This document shows positions 19,423 to 29,004 of a DNA stretch of 64,000 bases, piece by piece. The notes below the pieces were generated by a model. It saw only the letters and a program-made list of their open reading frames with translations, was not told the origin of the DNA and did not search any database. The first letter of the stretch is position 1; the number at the start of each line of letters is the position of its first letter. The position numbers and the translations under genes were made by a program. Location of the stretch: contig JAGVWE010000005.1 in NCBI GenBank assembly GCA_018304425.1, forward strand, positions 1 through 64,000, given 5' to 3'. Origin of the DNA: Candidatus Iainarchaeum sp. Lineage in GTDB: Archaea > Iainarchaeota > Iainarchaeia > Iainarchaeales > UBA10219.

Positions 19423-20244
19423 ATGGAGCGGATGGAGTTGCCGGACAACCTCGAACCAGAGACCCCGGAGTCGCCGGAGGACTTCTCGGAGCCCGAAGCC
19501 AAGCCCGATTACACGGCGCAGACCCCGATGAACGGGGGCCGCGTGGACCTGGTGCAGTTGATTGACCAGCCGGCCTGGAAGACCATTCTCATTGATCTCG
19601 TGAAGAGCAACCAGATGGACCCCTGGAACATCGACATCGCGGACCTCGCGCAAAAGTACCTCGCGAAGGTCCAGGGCCTGAGCGGCAACGACCTGCGGTT
19701 GCCTGCGAACGCCATCCTGTGCAGCGCCCTGCTGTTGAAGTTCAAGTCCCGCGTGCTCAAGCTTTCCTCGATTGAAGAACTCGACCCCGAGGAGGCCGCG
19801 CTCCTCCAGCAGCAGGAACAGGCGGCCACGGAAGAGAAAAAGTTTTTCGACGAGTACTTTCCGGACTTGAAGCTCGAGCACAAGGTCCGCGAGGGCAAGG
19901 TCTCCTTGGATGCCTTGGTGGACCTCATCGAGGGCATGCTGGAGAAAACCAAGTCCAAGGGCTCGGACAAGCGCCTCATCGAGCAGCCGGACTTCAAGAT
20001 TCCCACGCAGGACTACAACCTGGACAAGAAAATGGCGGAACTGTTCAAGCTCATCCAGAAGTCGGTGGACAACACCGGCCTGACCTTGTTCTCGCGCGTG
20101 GTCGCGGGCAAGGAAGTCATGCAAATCGTCGACACTTTCATCCCCCTGCTGTTCCTAGCCAACAAGCAGCAGGTCAACATCTGGCAAGACGAATTCTTCG
20201 GCGAAATCTTCATCGCCCTCAACAAGGAAAAGGTCGCGGCTTGA
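19423..20244 (+). CDS. scpA: Segregation/condensation protein A (kleisin)
   Basis: MDPWNIDI, LL.FKS, FIPLLFLA...WQDEFFGEI. Confidence 0.9.
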   Translation: MERMELPDNLEPETPESPEDFSEPEAKPDYTAQTPMNGGRVDLVQLIDQPAWKTILIDLVKSNQMDPWNIDIADLAQKYLAKVQGLSGNDLRLPANAILCSALLLKFKSRVLKLSSIEELDPEEAALLQQQEQAATEEKKFFDEYFPDLKLEHKVREGKVSLDALVDLIEGMLEKTKSKGSDKRLIEQPDFKIPTQDYNLDKKMAELFKLIQKSVDNTGLTLFSRVVAGKEVMQIVDTFIPLLFLANKQQVNIWQDEFFGEIFIALNKEKVAA

Positions 20245-20319
20245 GCGGCGAGCCGAGCCTTTTAAACCCCCGGGGCAAGCATTAAAAGCGTGTTAGCCGC
20301 CTAGTATATACGTTTTCTT

Positions 20320-20844
20320 ATGGCTGAAGCAAGGAAGCAGGTCAAGGCGCTGAAGAAGAAGCTGGCCGTCGAGGAAAAGGAGACCAAGAAGGCCCGGCAG
20401 GCGGTCAAGCGCGTGCGCAAGCAGGCGGCCAGGAAAATCGCGGCCGAGAAAAAGAAGAAGGTGCGCGTCAAAAAGGTGGTCCGAATTGTGCGCAAGAAGG
20501 GCCTCGGCACCTACCAGTACTTCATGCGCCAGCAGTTGAGGGAAGGGAAAACCTTCGAGCAGGCCGCGCGCGCGTGGAAGAAGTTCAAGGCCTACGTGAA
20601 GAAAGGCAGGCTGCCGACCAAGATTGTGCGGGCCAAGCCCCAAGTCCGAGTGGTCACGCGCACCAGGGTGAAAACCGTTCGGGTGCCGGTTCCCTCGACC
20701 GAGGCCGGCATGTTCAAGAACTTGTTGCACGAATTGCGGGAAGTCAAGAAAAGAGTCCAGGAAAAACCGGTGCCTGCCGAGGCAGCAGCCGAGGCCGCAG
20801 CCGAGGCCCTTCGGGCCGGGGCAAGGCCTAAACCGCTGGGGTGA
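20320..20844 (+). CDS. Lys/Arg-rich basic protein, possible DNA-binding protein
   Basis: Extremely K/R-rich; central YQYFMRQQLREGKTFEQAARAWKK helix motif. Confidence 0.7.
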   Translation: MAEARKQVKALKKKLAVEEKETKKARQAVKRVRKQAARKIAAEKKKKVRVKKVVRIVRKKGLGTYQYFMRQQLREGKTFEQAARAWKKFKAYVKKGRLPTKIVRAKPQVRVVTRTRVKTVRVPVPSTEAGMFKNLLHELREVKKRVQEKPVPAEAAAEAAAEALRAGARPKPLG

Positions 20845-21023
20845 GCGAGGAAGAACAGGCCTTTGGATTGGTTAAGCTCTACTTGGCGGACGTGGCCAGG
20901 CACGGCTTCAAGCGCGGGCTGGACCTGGACCAGGTAATAAACGCCTACTTGTATGCCTTGGGCCGGGTCAAGCGCAGGGAAATCGAGGCAGTGGAAGTCC
21001 TGCACGCCGCCCAAAAACACTGA
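20841..21023 (+). CDS. Small hypothetical protein, possibly the frameshifted C-terminus of the upstream ORF
   Basis: GTGA overlap within a G4 run; helical amphipathic sequence. Confidence 0.55.
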   Translation: MSEEEQAFGLVKLYLADVARHGFKRGLDLDQVINAYLYALGRVKRREIEAVEVLHAAQKH

Positions 21024-21041
21024 ATCCTTAAGGTGAGTGCG

Positions 21042-22634
21042 CTAATAGGAGTGCTCGCGGCGCCTGGCCCGGAAGGAGCTGTTCGAGCGGGGCGACGGGT
21101 GTTTCTGGTGGAAGCCCTTGCCTCTCCCCGAGCCCCCAAACCTGGATCCCCCATGACCTCCATGCCCCTGGTAACCGCGTCCCTCCCCAGAGTCCTGGGC
21201 CGCCTCATTGTGGCGGCTGCCATATCCTTCGCCACGGGAAGGTCCGCCATAGCCCTGGCTGCGGCCACTTGCCCCGGCCCCTGCATGGGAGCCATACCCT
21301 CGGCTAGGGCCTCGGCTGGGGCCGTGGGAGCCGCTCCCCCCATGGCCTCCGCCATAGGAGCTTCTGCCCCCGTGTGAAAACCGGCTTCCGCCTGGGCGCT
21401 TATGGAATCCGCCGCCGTGACTGCGGGGCCCGCGGCCGCTGTATCCGCCGTGCCCCCGGTCTTCTCCTCCCTCGTCGTGGTAGGCAACTGGGGAGGGGTT
21501 CTGGATTTCCTTGAGCGCTTCCGGGAACTGTTCCGCAACCTTGTTGAGGTCTCCCTGCTCGATTCTTCCCTCGAAGAAGCTTCGGATGGGGCGCAGGTAG
21601 GAATAGTCCTGTTCGGACACCAGGGAAATGGCTTCCCCGGCTTTTCCCGCGCGCGCCGTCCGCCCGACGCGGTGGATATAGTTATCGAGCTGGTCCGGAA
21701 TCTCGTAGTTGTAGACGTGCGTGACGAAGTCGATGTGCAGTCCCCTCGAGGCCACATCCGTTGCCACCAGCACGCGAAACTTGAATTCCTTGAATTCCTC
21801 GACGATGCGTTCCCGCTTGTTCTGCGGCAGGTCTCCATTCAGGTACTTGGCCTTGATGCCGTACCTTCCCAGGGAGCGGGCCAGGTTCTCCGAGCCGCGC
21901 TTGGTGCGGCAAAAAATCAGGGCCAACTCGTGGCCCGAGGCCTTCAACAGCAGGGCGAGCGCCGTGGGCTTTTCCCGGCCGTTGACCAGGTAATAGGTCT
22001 GCTTGAGTTGCCGGCCCTTGATGTCCGCGTCCACCCTGAACTCCAAGGGGTCGTTCAGGTACTTGTGGCCCAGCTTGACCACTTCCCTTGGCATGGTGGC
22101 GCTCAACAACATGGTTTGCCGCTGTTTGGGCACGTAGGAAAGGATTCTTTCCAGGTCTTCAATGAAACCCATGTCCAGCATCCGGTCTGCTTCGTCCAAG
22201 ACCACGATTTTCACGCGGTCCAGGCGGAGGCTCCCCCGCTGGATGAGGTCCAGCACCCTTCCAGGGGTCCCAACCACGATGTCCGCCTGCTTGGCAGCCT
22301 GGATTTGGGGGATCAAGCCCGCGCCGCCATAAACCGTGGCAGTAAACAGCTGGCCTTCGCCGATTTTGTCGAATTCCTTGCCGATTTGCTGGGCAAGTTC
22401 ACGCGTGGGAGCGAGCACCATGGCCTTCACATAGCCTTCCTTGGTGGTGGAGTGCACGATGGGCACGGCAAAACCCAGGGTCTTACCCGAGCCGGTCTCC
22501 GATTCCGCAATCAAGTCGCGGCCTTGCAGCACGGCGGGGATGATTTGCTCCTGTATTTCCGTCGGGGTTACGATCCCCATTTCCTTTAGCTTGTTAACTA
22601 ATCCTTCGTTTAGATTCATTTCCGAAAAATTCAT
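21042..22634 (-). CDS. DEAD-box RNA helicase with Gly/Arg/Ser/His-rich C-terminal tail
   Basis: Q motif, SETGSGKT, PTRELA, LDEADRM, SAT, HRVGRTAR. Confidence 0.95.
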   Translation of the reverse strand: MNFSEMNLNEGLVNKLKEMGIVTPTEIQEQIIPAVLQGRDLIAESETGSGKTLGFAVPIVHSTTKEGYVKAMVLAPTRELAQQIGKEFDKIGEGQLFTATVYGGAGLIPQIQAAKQADIVVGTPGRVLDLIQRGSLRLDRVKIVVLDEADRMLDMGFIEDLERILSYVPKQRQTMLLSATMPREVVKLGHKYLNDPLEFRVDADIKGRQLKQTYYLVNGREKPTALALLLKASGHELALIFCRTKRGSENLARSLGRYGIKAKYLNGDLPQNKRERIVEEFKEFKFRVLVATDVASRGLHIDFVTHVYNYEIPDQLDNYIHRVGRTARAGKAGEAISLVSEQDYSYLRPIRSFFEGRIEQGDLNKVAEQFPEALKEIQNPSPVAYHDEGGEDRGHGGYSGRGPRSHGGGFHKRPGGSRFSHGGRSSYGGGHGGSGSHGPSRGPSRGYGSHAGAGASGRSQGYGGPSRGEGYGSRHNEAAQDSGEGRGYQGHGGHGGSRFGGSGRGKGFHQKHPSPRSNSSFRARRREHSY

Positions 22635-22772
22635 TTTCTCTTACCTCAATGCAATTAAATCAAGAATTAGCCTTTTGCCGCCATAAACCGGGCAAATTGA
22701 ACTAATTGAACTGACTTAATACCCATTACTTGAAAGCGAACATTTATATACCTATTTTGCACCCCTTCTTAT

Positions 22773-23885
22773 ATGGTGAGCCGGAGGAAGTCCATGGTAG
22801 CCGTTCAGCCAGTTCAGTTCATGCCAGCCGTTTCATCGAAGGGCGAGGAACGGTCGGCCTTTTGCGTGGCCCTCCCAGGCACGGGCGACGTGGTCAAAAT
22901 CGAGTCCGAGGACTGCTCGGACTTCGCCGACCTGGTGGCCAAGTCCACGATTTCCTGGGTGGACTACTGGGCCTATGACATGGCCAAGGATGGCAGGGAA
23001 GCCGTGCTGGCATTGGGTTTCAGCGAAAAAATCGTCAACCTCCTGTTTGACGGCCGCACGCAAGGCTATGAAGACCTCGACACGGAACTGGGCTTGGTGC
23101 TTCCCGCCGTGAACGTGGAGGGCCTGGAAGTCGTGGTGAGCCCGCTGCTTATCCTCATCCGCCGCAACGTCGTGGTAACCGTGCACGGCCGCGCCGTGAC
23201 CCGGCTCGTGAAGCTCAGGCGTTACGCGGAAACCTTCATGCGCAAGATTCCCAAGCACATCCCCTCGACGGACAAGCAGACCCTGGTCCTGGTGCGGATC
23301 GTGGACGAAAACAACGGCCGGAACTTCGACCACCTCCGCGAAATCGAGGAACAAGGGGATGCCCTGAGCAAGCACCTCATGGACCCGAAGACCCCGAGGC
23401 GCACGCTGGGCCCCAAGATTTACAAGATGAAGCACGCGCTCATCACCTATTTGAGCACCCTGTGGGTGAGCCTGGACGTGCTCAACACGCTGCGCCTGGG
23501 CGACGCCGAACAGATAACCGATGACCCCCAGCTGCTGGCCCGCGTGGGCGTCTTGAGCGACGACGTCAACCGCCAAATCCAGTTGAGCGAGCACATGTCC
23601 GAGGTCCTGGCCTCGGGCCTCGAAGTCCTGCAAAGCATTTACAACAACCAGTTGCAGGTCCTGAACAACCGCATGGCCCTGGTCATGACCTACCTGACCG
23701 TGCTCGGAACCGCGGTGCTGGTCCCGAACACGCTGGCCACCATTTTCAGCAACCCCGCCTTCAACATGCAACCCAAAGACATCGGTTGGTACACGGTTTT
23801 GCTGGTGGTCTCCACCCTGGCCTCGAGTTACGCCGCCTATTGGTGGACCAAGAAGCAGGGCGCCATGCCCAAGAACTCCGACTAA
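22773..23885 (+). CDS. corA: CorA-family divalent cation transporter
   Basis: Large soluble domain plus two C-terminal TMs; LQSIYNNQLQVLNNR coil; canonical GMN not seen. Confidence 0.75.
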   Translation: MVSRRKSMVAVQPVQFMPAVSSKGEERSAFCVALPGTGDVVKIESEDCSDFADLVAKSTISWVDYWAYDMAKDGREAVLALGFSEKIVNLLFDGRTQGYEDLDTELGLVLPAVNVEGLEVVVSPLLILIRRNVVVTVHGRAVTRLVKLRRYAETFMRKIPKHIPSTDKQTLVLVRIVDENNGRNFDHLREIEEQGDALSKHLMDPKTPRRTLGPKIYKMKHALITYLSTLWVSLDVLNTLRLGDAEQITDDPQLLARVGVLSDDVNRQIQLSEHMSEVLASGLEVLQSIYNNQLQVLNNRMALVMTYLTVLGTAVLVPNTLATIFSNPAFNMQPKDIGWYTVLLVVSTLASSYAAYWWTKKQGAMPKNSD

Positions 23886-24262
23886 GCTGGTTGCCGGTGG
23901 GCCACGTATTGCTGGTACATTTCCTCGACCTGTCGGTGGCTCACGTAATGCTTGTGGTGCCGGAAGCCCCCGCCAAAGTTGTGGGGCACGTGCATGAGCT
24001 CGTGGATCAGCGTGCGCAGGCGGTCCTCCGGGGATTGCCGGAGGAACTTCTCCGAAACCAGTTCGATGACGTACAACGGGGAAAGCCCGGCGCCGACCTG
24101 CAGGGCCTTCGGCAGGCCATGGATGCGGGCAATCGTTCGTTTGGTCTTCGAGCCCTGGCTGAGGATGCAGTACACGCGCCCGGAAACGATGTGGGCAAAC
24201 CCGAGCTCCTGGGCCACCTGCCTGGCCCGCTCCGTCCACTCCTGGGAAAACGCGTAACGCAT
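23882..24262 (-). CDS. Putative zinc metallopeptidase (HExxH)
   Basis: ARIHGL...YVIELVSEKF...LIHELMHVP...GGFRHH. Confidence 0.8.
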   Translation of the reverse strand: MRYAFSQEWTERARQVAQELGFAHIVSGRVYCILSQGSKTKRTIARIHGLPKALQVGAGLSPLYVIELVSEKFLRQSPEDRLRTLIHELMHVPHNFGGGFRHHKHYVSHRQVEEMYQQYVAHRQPA

Positions 24263-24348
24263 CGCAATGGGCTAGAGGCTTAACGTTTTTAAACATTAAG
24301 CATGCAAAGATGTGCATCGCTTACGGATTTTTGCGGTGACAAACCCGA

Positions 24349-25833
24349 ATGAAAAAGAAAAGCGGCGTTTCAAGGCGTCGAAAACGCCCCGCCAAACGCA
24401 AGCAGGCAAGCCATCCCTCCTACCGGACGCCCCAACGCTATTTGCGGCCCCGCTGGAAGTACCTGAGCCAGGACAACGCGGGAACCCTTTACATCGATGA
24501 CGTCAGCGTGAAGCTGCTCGCCAAAAAATACGGTACGCCGCTCTACGTCTTCATCGAGAAGGAAGTCCGCTCCCGCCTGAAGCGCTTCATGCGCGCCTTC
24601 CCCTACCCCAAGCTTCGGCCGCAGTATGCGGGGAAGATAAACGCCAACCTCGAGATATTGCGCATCGCGCGCGAGGAGGGCTTCGACCTAGACGCGAGCA
24701 CGGTCGGCGAAATCATTCTCGGCTTGTTGGCCGACTTCGAGCCCAAGCAGATTACCTTCACCAACCTCTACAAGACCGAGCAGGACATCATCTTTGCCAC
24801 GAAGGTCGGGGTCATGGCGATAACGGCGGACAGCATGGAGGAACTGCAGCGCATGGAGGCGGCGGGCCAGCGCATTCGGCAGAAAATCCGCGCGTTCATC
24901 CGCCTCAACCCCCTCATCACCCTCGGCAAGTACACCACGCGCGACCAGCAATATGGGATTCCGGCCAACATGACCAAAAAAGCCGTTGACTTCGCCATCA
25001 AGTCCAAGTGGATTGACCTCATCGGCTTCCACTTCCACGGCAGCTACATCTACGACCCCAAGGTGTACTTGATTGCCGCCCAGCGCCTTCTCAAGTGGAT
25101 GAAATACTGCCAGGAGCACAACTGCAAGATAAAGTACATTGACCTCGGCGGTGGCTTCCCCTACGACTATGCGGGGCACGAGTTCTTCGACCCCGAGGAC
25201 ATGGGGGAACAGTTCGTGGAGGACTTCGAAGAGCTCTTGGCCAAGTACAAGCTTCCGAAGCCCACCCTCATCTTCGAGCCCGGCAAGTTCATCTGCGCCA
25301 ATGCGGGGCTGGGCCTCGTAACCGTGGTCAGCGTCAAGCAGGTCGGCAAGAAGAAGATGGCGATAACGGACGGCAGCACCTATTCCTTCCTGCCGGACCC
25401 CATGATTTACAAGCAGTATTATGACATCCTGCCAGCCACCAAGATGGCGCGCAAGCCCACCGAAAAATACGCCATCACGGGCCGGAGCTGCGACGTCATC
25501 GACAAGCTCGGCTTGAACCGCTCGCTGCCCAAGCTCGAAGAAGACGACATCCTCGCCATCACCGACTGCGGGGCCTACAGCAGCGTGCTGGCCAGCAACT
25601 TCAACACCCTCAAGCGTGCGCCCATGGTGCTCCTCACCATTGACGGCAAGCTCAAGCTCATCCGGAGAAGGGATCGGTACAGCGAGATGTTTGCCCCCGA
25701 ACTCGACGTCCTCAAGTACGCGGACCCCCACGAGCTCAAGAAACTCTACCTCTTGACCGTGAACGTCGACAAGATCTGGAAAGGCAGCCCCAACGGCAAG
25801 GGCTCCAAGAAACAGGTCGCGGGCGGCGGATAA
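24349..25833 (+). CDS. Group IV PLP-dependent decarboxylase (LysA/Orn/Arg-decarboxylase family)
   Basis: YGTPLYV, YAGKIN, HFHGS, DLGGG, FEPGK, GAYSS...SNFN; substrate not determinable. Confidence 0.8.
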   Translation: MKKKSGVSRRRKRPAKRKQASHPSYRTPQRYLRPRWKYLSQDNAGTLYIDDVSVKLLAKKYGTPLYVFIEKEVRSRLKRFMRAFPYPKLRPQYAGKINANLEILRIAREEGFDLDASTVGEIILGLLADFEPKQITFTNLYKTEQDIIFATKVGVMAITADSMEELQRMEAAGQRIRQKIRAFIRLNPLITLGKYTTRDQQYGIPANMTKKAVDFAIKSKWIDLIGFHFHGSYIYDPKVYLIAAQRLLKWMKYCQEHNCKIKYIDLGGGFPYDYAGHEFFDPEDMGEQFVEDFEELLAKYKLPKPTLIFEPGKFICANAGLGLVTVVSVKQVGKKKMAITDGSTYSFLPDPMIYKQYYDILPATKMARKPTEKYAITGRSCDVIDKLGLNRSLPKLEEDDILAITDCGAYSSVLASNFNTLKRAPMVLLTIDGKLKLIRRRDRYSEMFAPELDVLKYADPHELKKLYLLTVNVDKIWKGSPNGKGSKKQVAGGG

Positions 25834-25905
25834 GGCCGTTAGACGGCCCCGCACCGGAAACCACCCCTCCAAGGGCTTTTTAACGGTTTGAGCTCCTAGG
25901 CTTCT

Positions 25906-27018
25906 ATGGCCTTGCGCGTCATCCTCCACCTGGACCTGGACTCGTTCTTCGCCTCCTGCGAGGAGCAGCGGAACCCCGCCCTGAAAGGCAAGCCCGTGGT
26001 CATCTGCAACTACACACGTGGCCTGGACAGCGGGGCCGTGACCACCGCGAACTACGTGGCCCGCAAGCTCGGCATCAAGTCCGGGATGCCGGTTTCCTTC
26101 GCCAGGCGCGCGGCAAAGAATGCCGTGGACGCGGTTTTCCTGCCGACCGACATCGATTACTATTCCCAGGTCTCCGACCAAGTCATGCAACTCCTCCAAG
26201 CGTACGCCGACGCCTTTGAACCGGCCAGCATCGACGAGGCTTTCCTGGAGGTCACGCAGCGCCTGCAAGGCGACTTCGGGAAAGCAGAGGCCCTGGGACG
26301 CGAACTCAAGGCCCGCATCCTGGAAAAAACCGGCCTCACCTGCTCGGTTGGCATTGCCTCCAACAAGCTCTTGGCCAAGACCGCGTCCGACTTCCGAAAA
26401 CCCGACGGCTTGACGGTAGTGCAACCAGGCAGGGAAGCCGAGTTCCTGGCGCCCCTCCAAGTAGGCAAGCTGTTGTACGTGGGCGCAAAAACCGAGGAAG
26501 TTTTGACGGGACACGGCATCCAAACTATCGGGCAACTGGCGGCCCTACCCCTGGCCACCCTCATAGCCTGGTTCGGGGAAAGCCGGGGCCACTACTTCCA
26601 CTTGGCCGCCCAGGGCCTGGACGACAGCCCTGTTGCCCCGCCCGCCGACTCGCAGCAGATTTCCCGCATTGGCACCCTGTCCGAGAACACGGCGGACTTC
26701 GAAAAAATCGCGGCCTTCACGGACAAGCTCTGCGAGGACGTCATCGCGCGTGCCCGTGACCGGGGAGTCTTGTTCAAGTCCATTGGCTTCATTGCCGTGG
26801 CCAGTGACCTCAAGGCCTTGACGCGGAACAAAACCCTCGAAGAACCCACTGAAAGCCTTCCAATTCTCCAGCAGACCGTGCGGGGCCTGCTCCAATCGTT
26901 TCTCGGCCAACACCCGGGCACGGTGCTGCGGCGGGCCGGCGTCCGGGTGGCGGGCTTCGTGGACCCGGCAGCGGCAGCCCAACCCAAGCCCCAAAAGCAC
27001 CTCGGAGACTTCGTTTAA
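25906..27018 (+). CDS. dinB: DNA polymerase IV (Y-family)
   Basis: HLDLDSFFAS, NYVAR, SIDEAF, KPDG; C-terminal QKHLGDF PIP-like box. Confidence 0.93.
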   Translation: MALRVILHLDLDSFFASCEEQRNPALKGKPVVICNYTRGLDSGAVTTANYVARKLGIKSGMPVSFARRAAKNAVDAVFLPTDIDYYSQVSDQVMQLLQAYADAFEPASIDEAFLEVTQRLQGDFGKAEALGRELKARILEKTGLTCSVGIASNKLLAKTASDFRKPDGLTVVQPGREAEFLAPLQVGKLLYVGAKTEEVLTGHGIQTIGQLAALPLATLIAWFGESRGHYFHLAAQGLDDSPVAPPADSQQISRIGTLSENTADFEKIAAFTDKLCEDVIARARDRGVLFKSIGFIAVASDLKALTRNKTLEEPTESLPILQQTVRGLLQSFLGQHPGTVLRRAGVRVAGFVDPAAAAQPKPQKHLGDFV

Positions 27019-27043
27019 AAAAGGGTCGGAATCCATTTCCTGG

Positions 27044-27634
27044 ATGCGGCCTGACACCAAATATTACCACTACTTTTTTGCGGCCCTCTGGCTGGCCGTG
27101 GCCTTCGGCGTCCAGTACCTGGTGCCGGAGGACCCCCTGAAAATAGTGGCGTTCGTGAGCGGGTATGCCTCGATTGGCCTGGCCATCATCGTGTTCGCGG
27201 TATGCCTTTCGCCGTTGAGCCGCGTCCTCCGCCACCCGTTCGTCACCAGCCTGCTGGCCAACCGCCGCTACATCGGCTTGTGGGGCTGCGCTTTTGCTTG
27301 GACGCACGTGGCATTGGCGGTCGCTCACCTCTTGGGGGGAGACCTGGGCCTCATTTTCCAGCCCGACGGCTTCATGCTCTTGTTGGGCTTGCTGGCCTTG
27401 ACCATTGTCACGGCCCTGGCCTTGACTTCCAGTGATGGCATGGTGCGGTTGCTGGGCGGGCAAAACTGGAAGCGCCTGCACTCGCTCGTCTACGTGGCCG
27501 TCCTCCTGGTGGCCGTGCACGCCTTCAATATCGGCAAGGTCGTGTTCGCGACAGACTGGGCCAAGTGGGCGCTGGTCGGGGTTGTCGTGTTGGTTGCATT
27601 GTTCAAGGCCCGACACCAGTTCAAATTCTTTTGA
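27044..27634 (+). CDS. MsrQ/ferric-reductase-like haem-binding membrane protein
   Basis: RRYIGL, H in TM3, LALTS, WKRLHSLVY, H in TM5. Confidence 0.85.
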   Translation: MRPDTKYYHYFFAALWLAVAFGVQYLVPEDPLKIVAFVSGYASIGLAIIVFAVCLSPLSRVLRHPFVTSLLANRRYIGLWGCAFAWTHVALAVAHLLGGDLGLIFQPDGFMLLLGLLALTIVTALALTSSDGMVRLLGGQNWKRLHSLVYVAVLLVAVHAFNIGKVVFATDWAKWALVGVVVLVALFKARHQFKFF

Positions 27635-27635
27635 A
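27620..27635. promoter_or_regulatory. Palindromic box TTCAA-N6-TTGAA (site 1)
   Basis: gTTCAAattcttTTGAAc overlapping the msrQ-like stop. Confidence 0.5.
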
Positions 27636-27639
27636 CCGC

Positions 27640-27660
27640 CTTTTTGCCTTCGGCAAAAAG
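27640..27660. terminator. Hairpin CTTTTTGCC-TTC-GGCAAAAAG
   Basis: Perfect 9-bp inverted repeat just after the msrQ-like stop. Confidence 0.45.
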
Positions 27661-27687
27661 CCTGGGGAAAAGTTCAACGCAACACAA

Positions 27688-27703
27688 TTCAAATTGCTTT
27701 GAA
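27688..27703. promoter_or_regulatory. Palindromic box TTCAA-N6-TTGAA (site 2)
   Basis: aaTTCAAattgctTTGAAgt just upstream of the TATA-like TATTTAAA of the 27777 gene. Confidence 0.65.
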
Positions 27704-27776
27704 GTCTCCAAACCAAATTATTTAAATCGCGAGACCCTAATTCGTTCAATCAGCTCATGTGCTGGGGGAGTGAAAA

Positions 27777-28220
27777 ATGACTTGTGGAATATGCAATCAT
27801 GCAGTTGAATCGGTGAAGGCGCAGCCCCAATGGTTTGCGCTGGGCTTTTTGGTCATGGGTGCCTTGCAGTATTATTTCCTGGGCCCCTATGGACCCATGC
27901 GTGCACCTGACAACCCCGTTATCATCAACGACTGGGTTTTCGCCTTCCTGTTCTCACTGGCTACAGGGGCTTTCCTGGCCCTGTGGAAGCAGCGGCAGGG
28001 CGGCCCAAAAACCTGTGCCACGGCGGGAGGCGTCGGTGGCTTCTTGGCCGTCTGGGGCGCGACCTGCCCCTTTTGCAGCCTGTTTCTCTTGACCTGGCTG
28101 GGCGTGCCGGCGGGAGCCGGCGCTTTGAGTGCGCCCTTCCTGGAGCCCTACATCGACGTCATACGGTTGATTGCCTTGGGCCTGATGTTCTACGGCATGA
28201 AGCTCCTCGCAAAGCACTGA
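27777..28220 (+). CDS. Small membrane protein with CxxC motifs
   Basis: N-terminal CGIC, intramembrane GATCPFC, about 4 TMs; SD GGGGAG upstream. Confidence 0.7.
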   Translation: MTCGICNHAVESVKAQPQWFALGFLVMGALQYYFLGPYGPMRAPDNPVIINDWVFAFLFSLATGAFLALWKQRQGGPKTCATAGGVGGFLAVWGATCPFCSLFLLTWLGVPAGAGALSAPFLEPYIDVIRLIALGLMFYGMKLLAKH

Positions 28221-28255
28221 CCCCTCAGAAAGAGTGGGGGCCGAGGGTTCGGCTC

Positions 28256-28897
28256 CTACTTTTTTCTTTCCCTTTCCTGGAGGAGCAGTTTTCCAAGGGA
28301 CGTGAGGGTCAAGGCGATTCTTCCTTTTTCCCGGTTGACTTCGACGAGGCCGAGTTCCTTGAGGCCCTGATTTTTTTCGTTGCCGTACAAGTGGTAGTTG
28401 ACGAGGCTGGGCCCCAGCTTCAGCTGCTTGCTTATTGCTTCGAGGGACGAAATGCGTCCCTGCGTTTTCAGAAGCCGCATGATGTCGAGTTTCTTGTCGG
28501 AAAGCAGGTCATAGTACGAGAACTTGAGGACCGGGAACACGATGAGCTTGTCATCCATGAACTCGAAGGCCTTCAAGCCGTTGACAAAGCAGGCGCTGAG
28601 CGCCGCGCAGCCGAAGGTTCCCATCGTGGAACTAAGGTTGACCATTAGGGGCTTGCCTTTTTCCTTGGCCTTCACGTGGGCGAAGGCCGCGAAGGTTTCC
28701 TCCAGGGAATTCTCGTCCTCGATGGTCTCGATTTCCACGGGGATCTTGAAGCGTGCCAGTTCCCTTTTCGCCGCCTCCGCGTTTCCAAGGGCGTTGAGGG
28801 GCGAGAGGAGGATGATTTTCTCGGTGGGAAACTCCCGGATGCCCGCGAACAGCGGTTCGGGGTCCTCCTGGAAGGGCGCGAGGATGGTGTGCTTCAT
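28256..28897 (-). CDS. Csa3/HFX_2341-like transcriptional regulator (CARF-like N-domain plus winged HTH)
   Basis: Rossmann-like N-terminus (ILAP...GIREFPTEKIILL...VNLSS), C-terminal wHTH (SLEAISKQLKLGPSLVNYHL...LTSLG). Confidence 0.75.
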   Translation of the reverse strand: MKHTILAPFQEDPEPLFAGIREFPTEKIILLSPLNALGNAEAAKRELARFKIPVEIETIEDENSLEETFAAFAHVKAKEKGKPLMVNLSSTMGTFGCAALSACFVNGLKAFEFMDDKLIVFPVLKFSYYDLLSDKKLDIMRLLKTQGRISSLEAISKQLKLGPSLVNYHLYGNEKNQGLKELGLVEVNREKGRIALTLTSLGKLLLQERERKK

Positions 28898-28941
28898 ACC
28901 CCTCTTTCCCCACGGAACTTATTAAGAATTTATTTGAATAA

Positions 28942-28957
28942 TTCAACTTTATTTGAA
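28942..28957. promoter_or_regulatory. Palindromic box TTCAA-N6-TTGAA (site 3)
   Basis: aaTTCAActttatTTGAAct in the divergent promoter between the regulator and the small Cys protein; extra TTGAA half-site at 28934. Confidence 0.65.
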
Positions 28958-29004
28958 CTGTTCAGGCAGGCTATTTTAGCCTAATGCCCTCTTATTGGGA
29001 GCGC

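Noticed and set aside
28256-28897. CRISPR-Cas locus implied by the Csa3-like regulator
   Set aside because: No cas genes and no repeat-spacer array seen anywhere in the window
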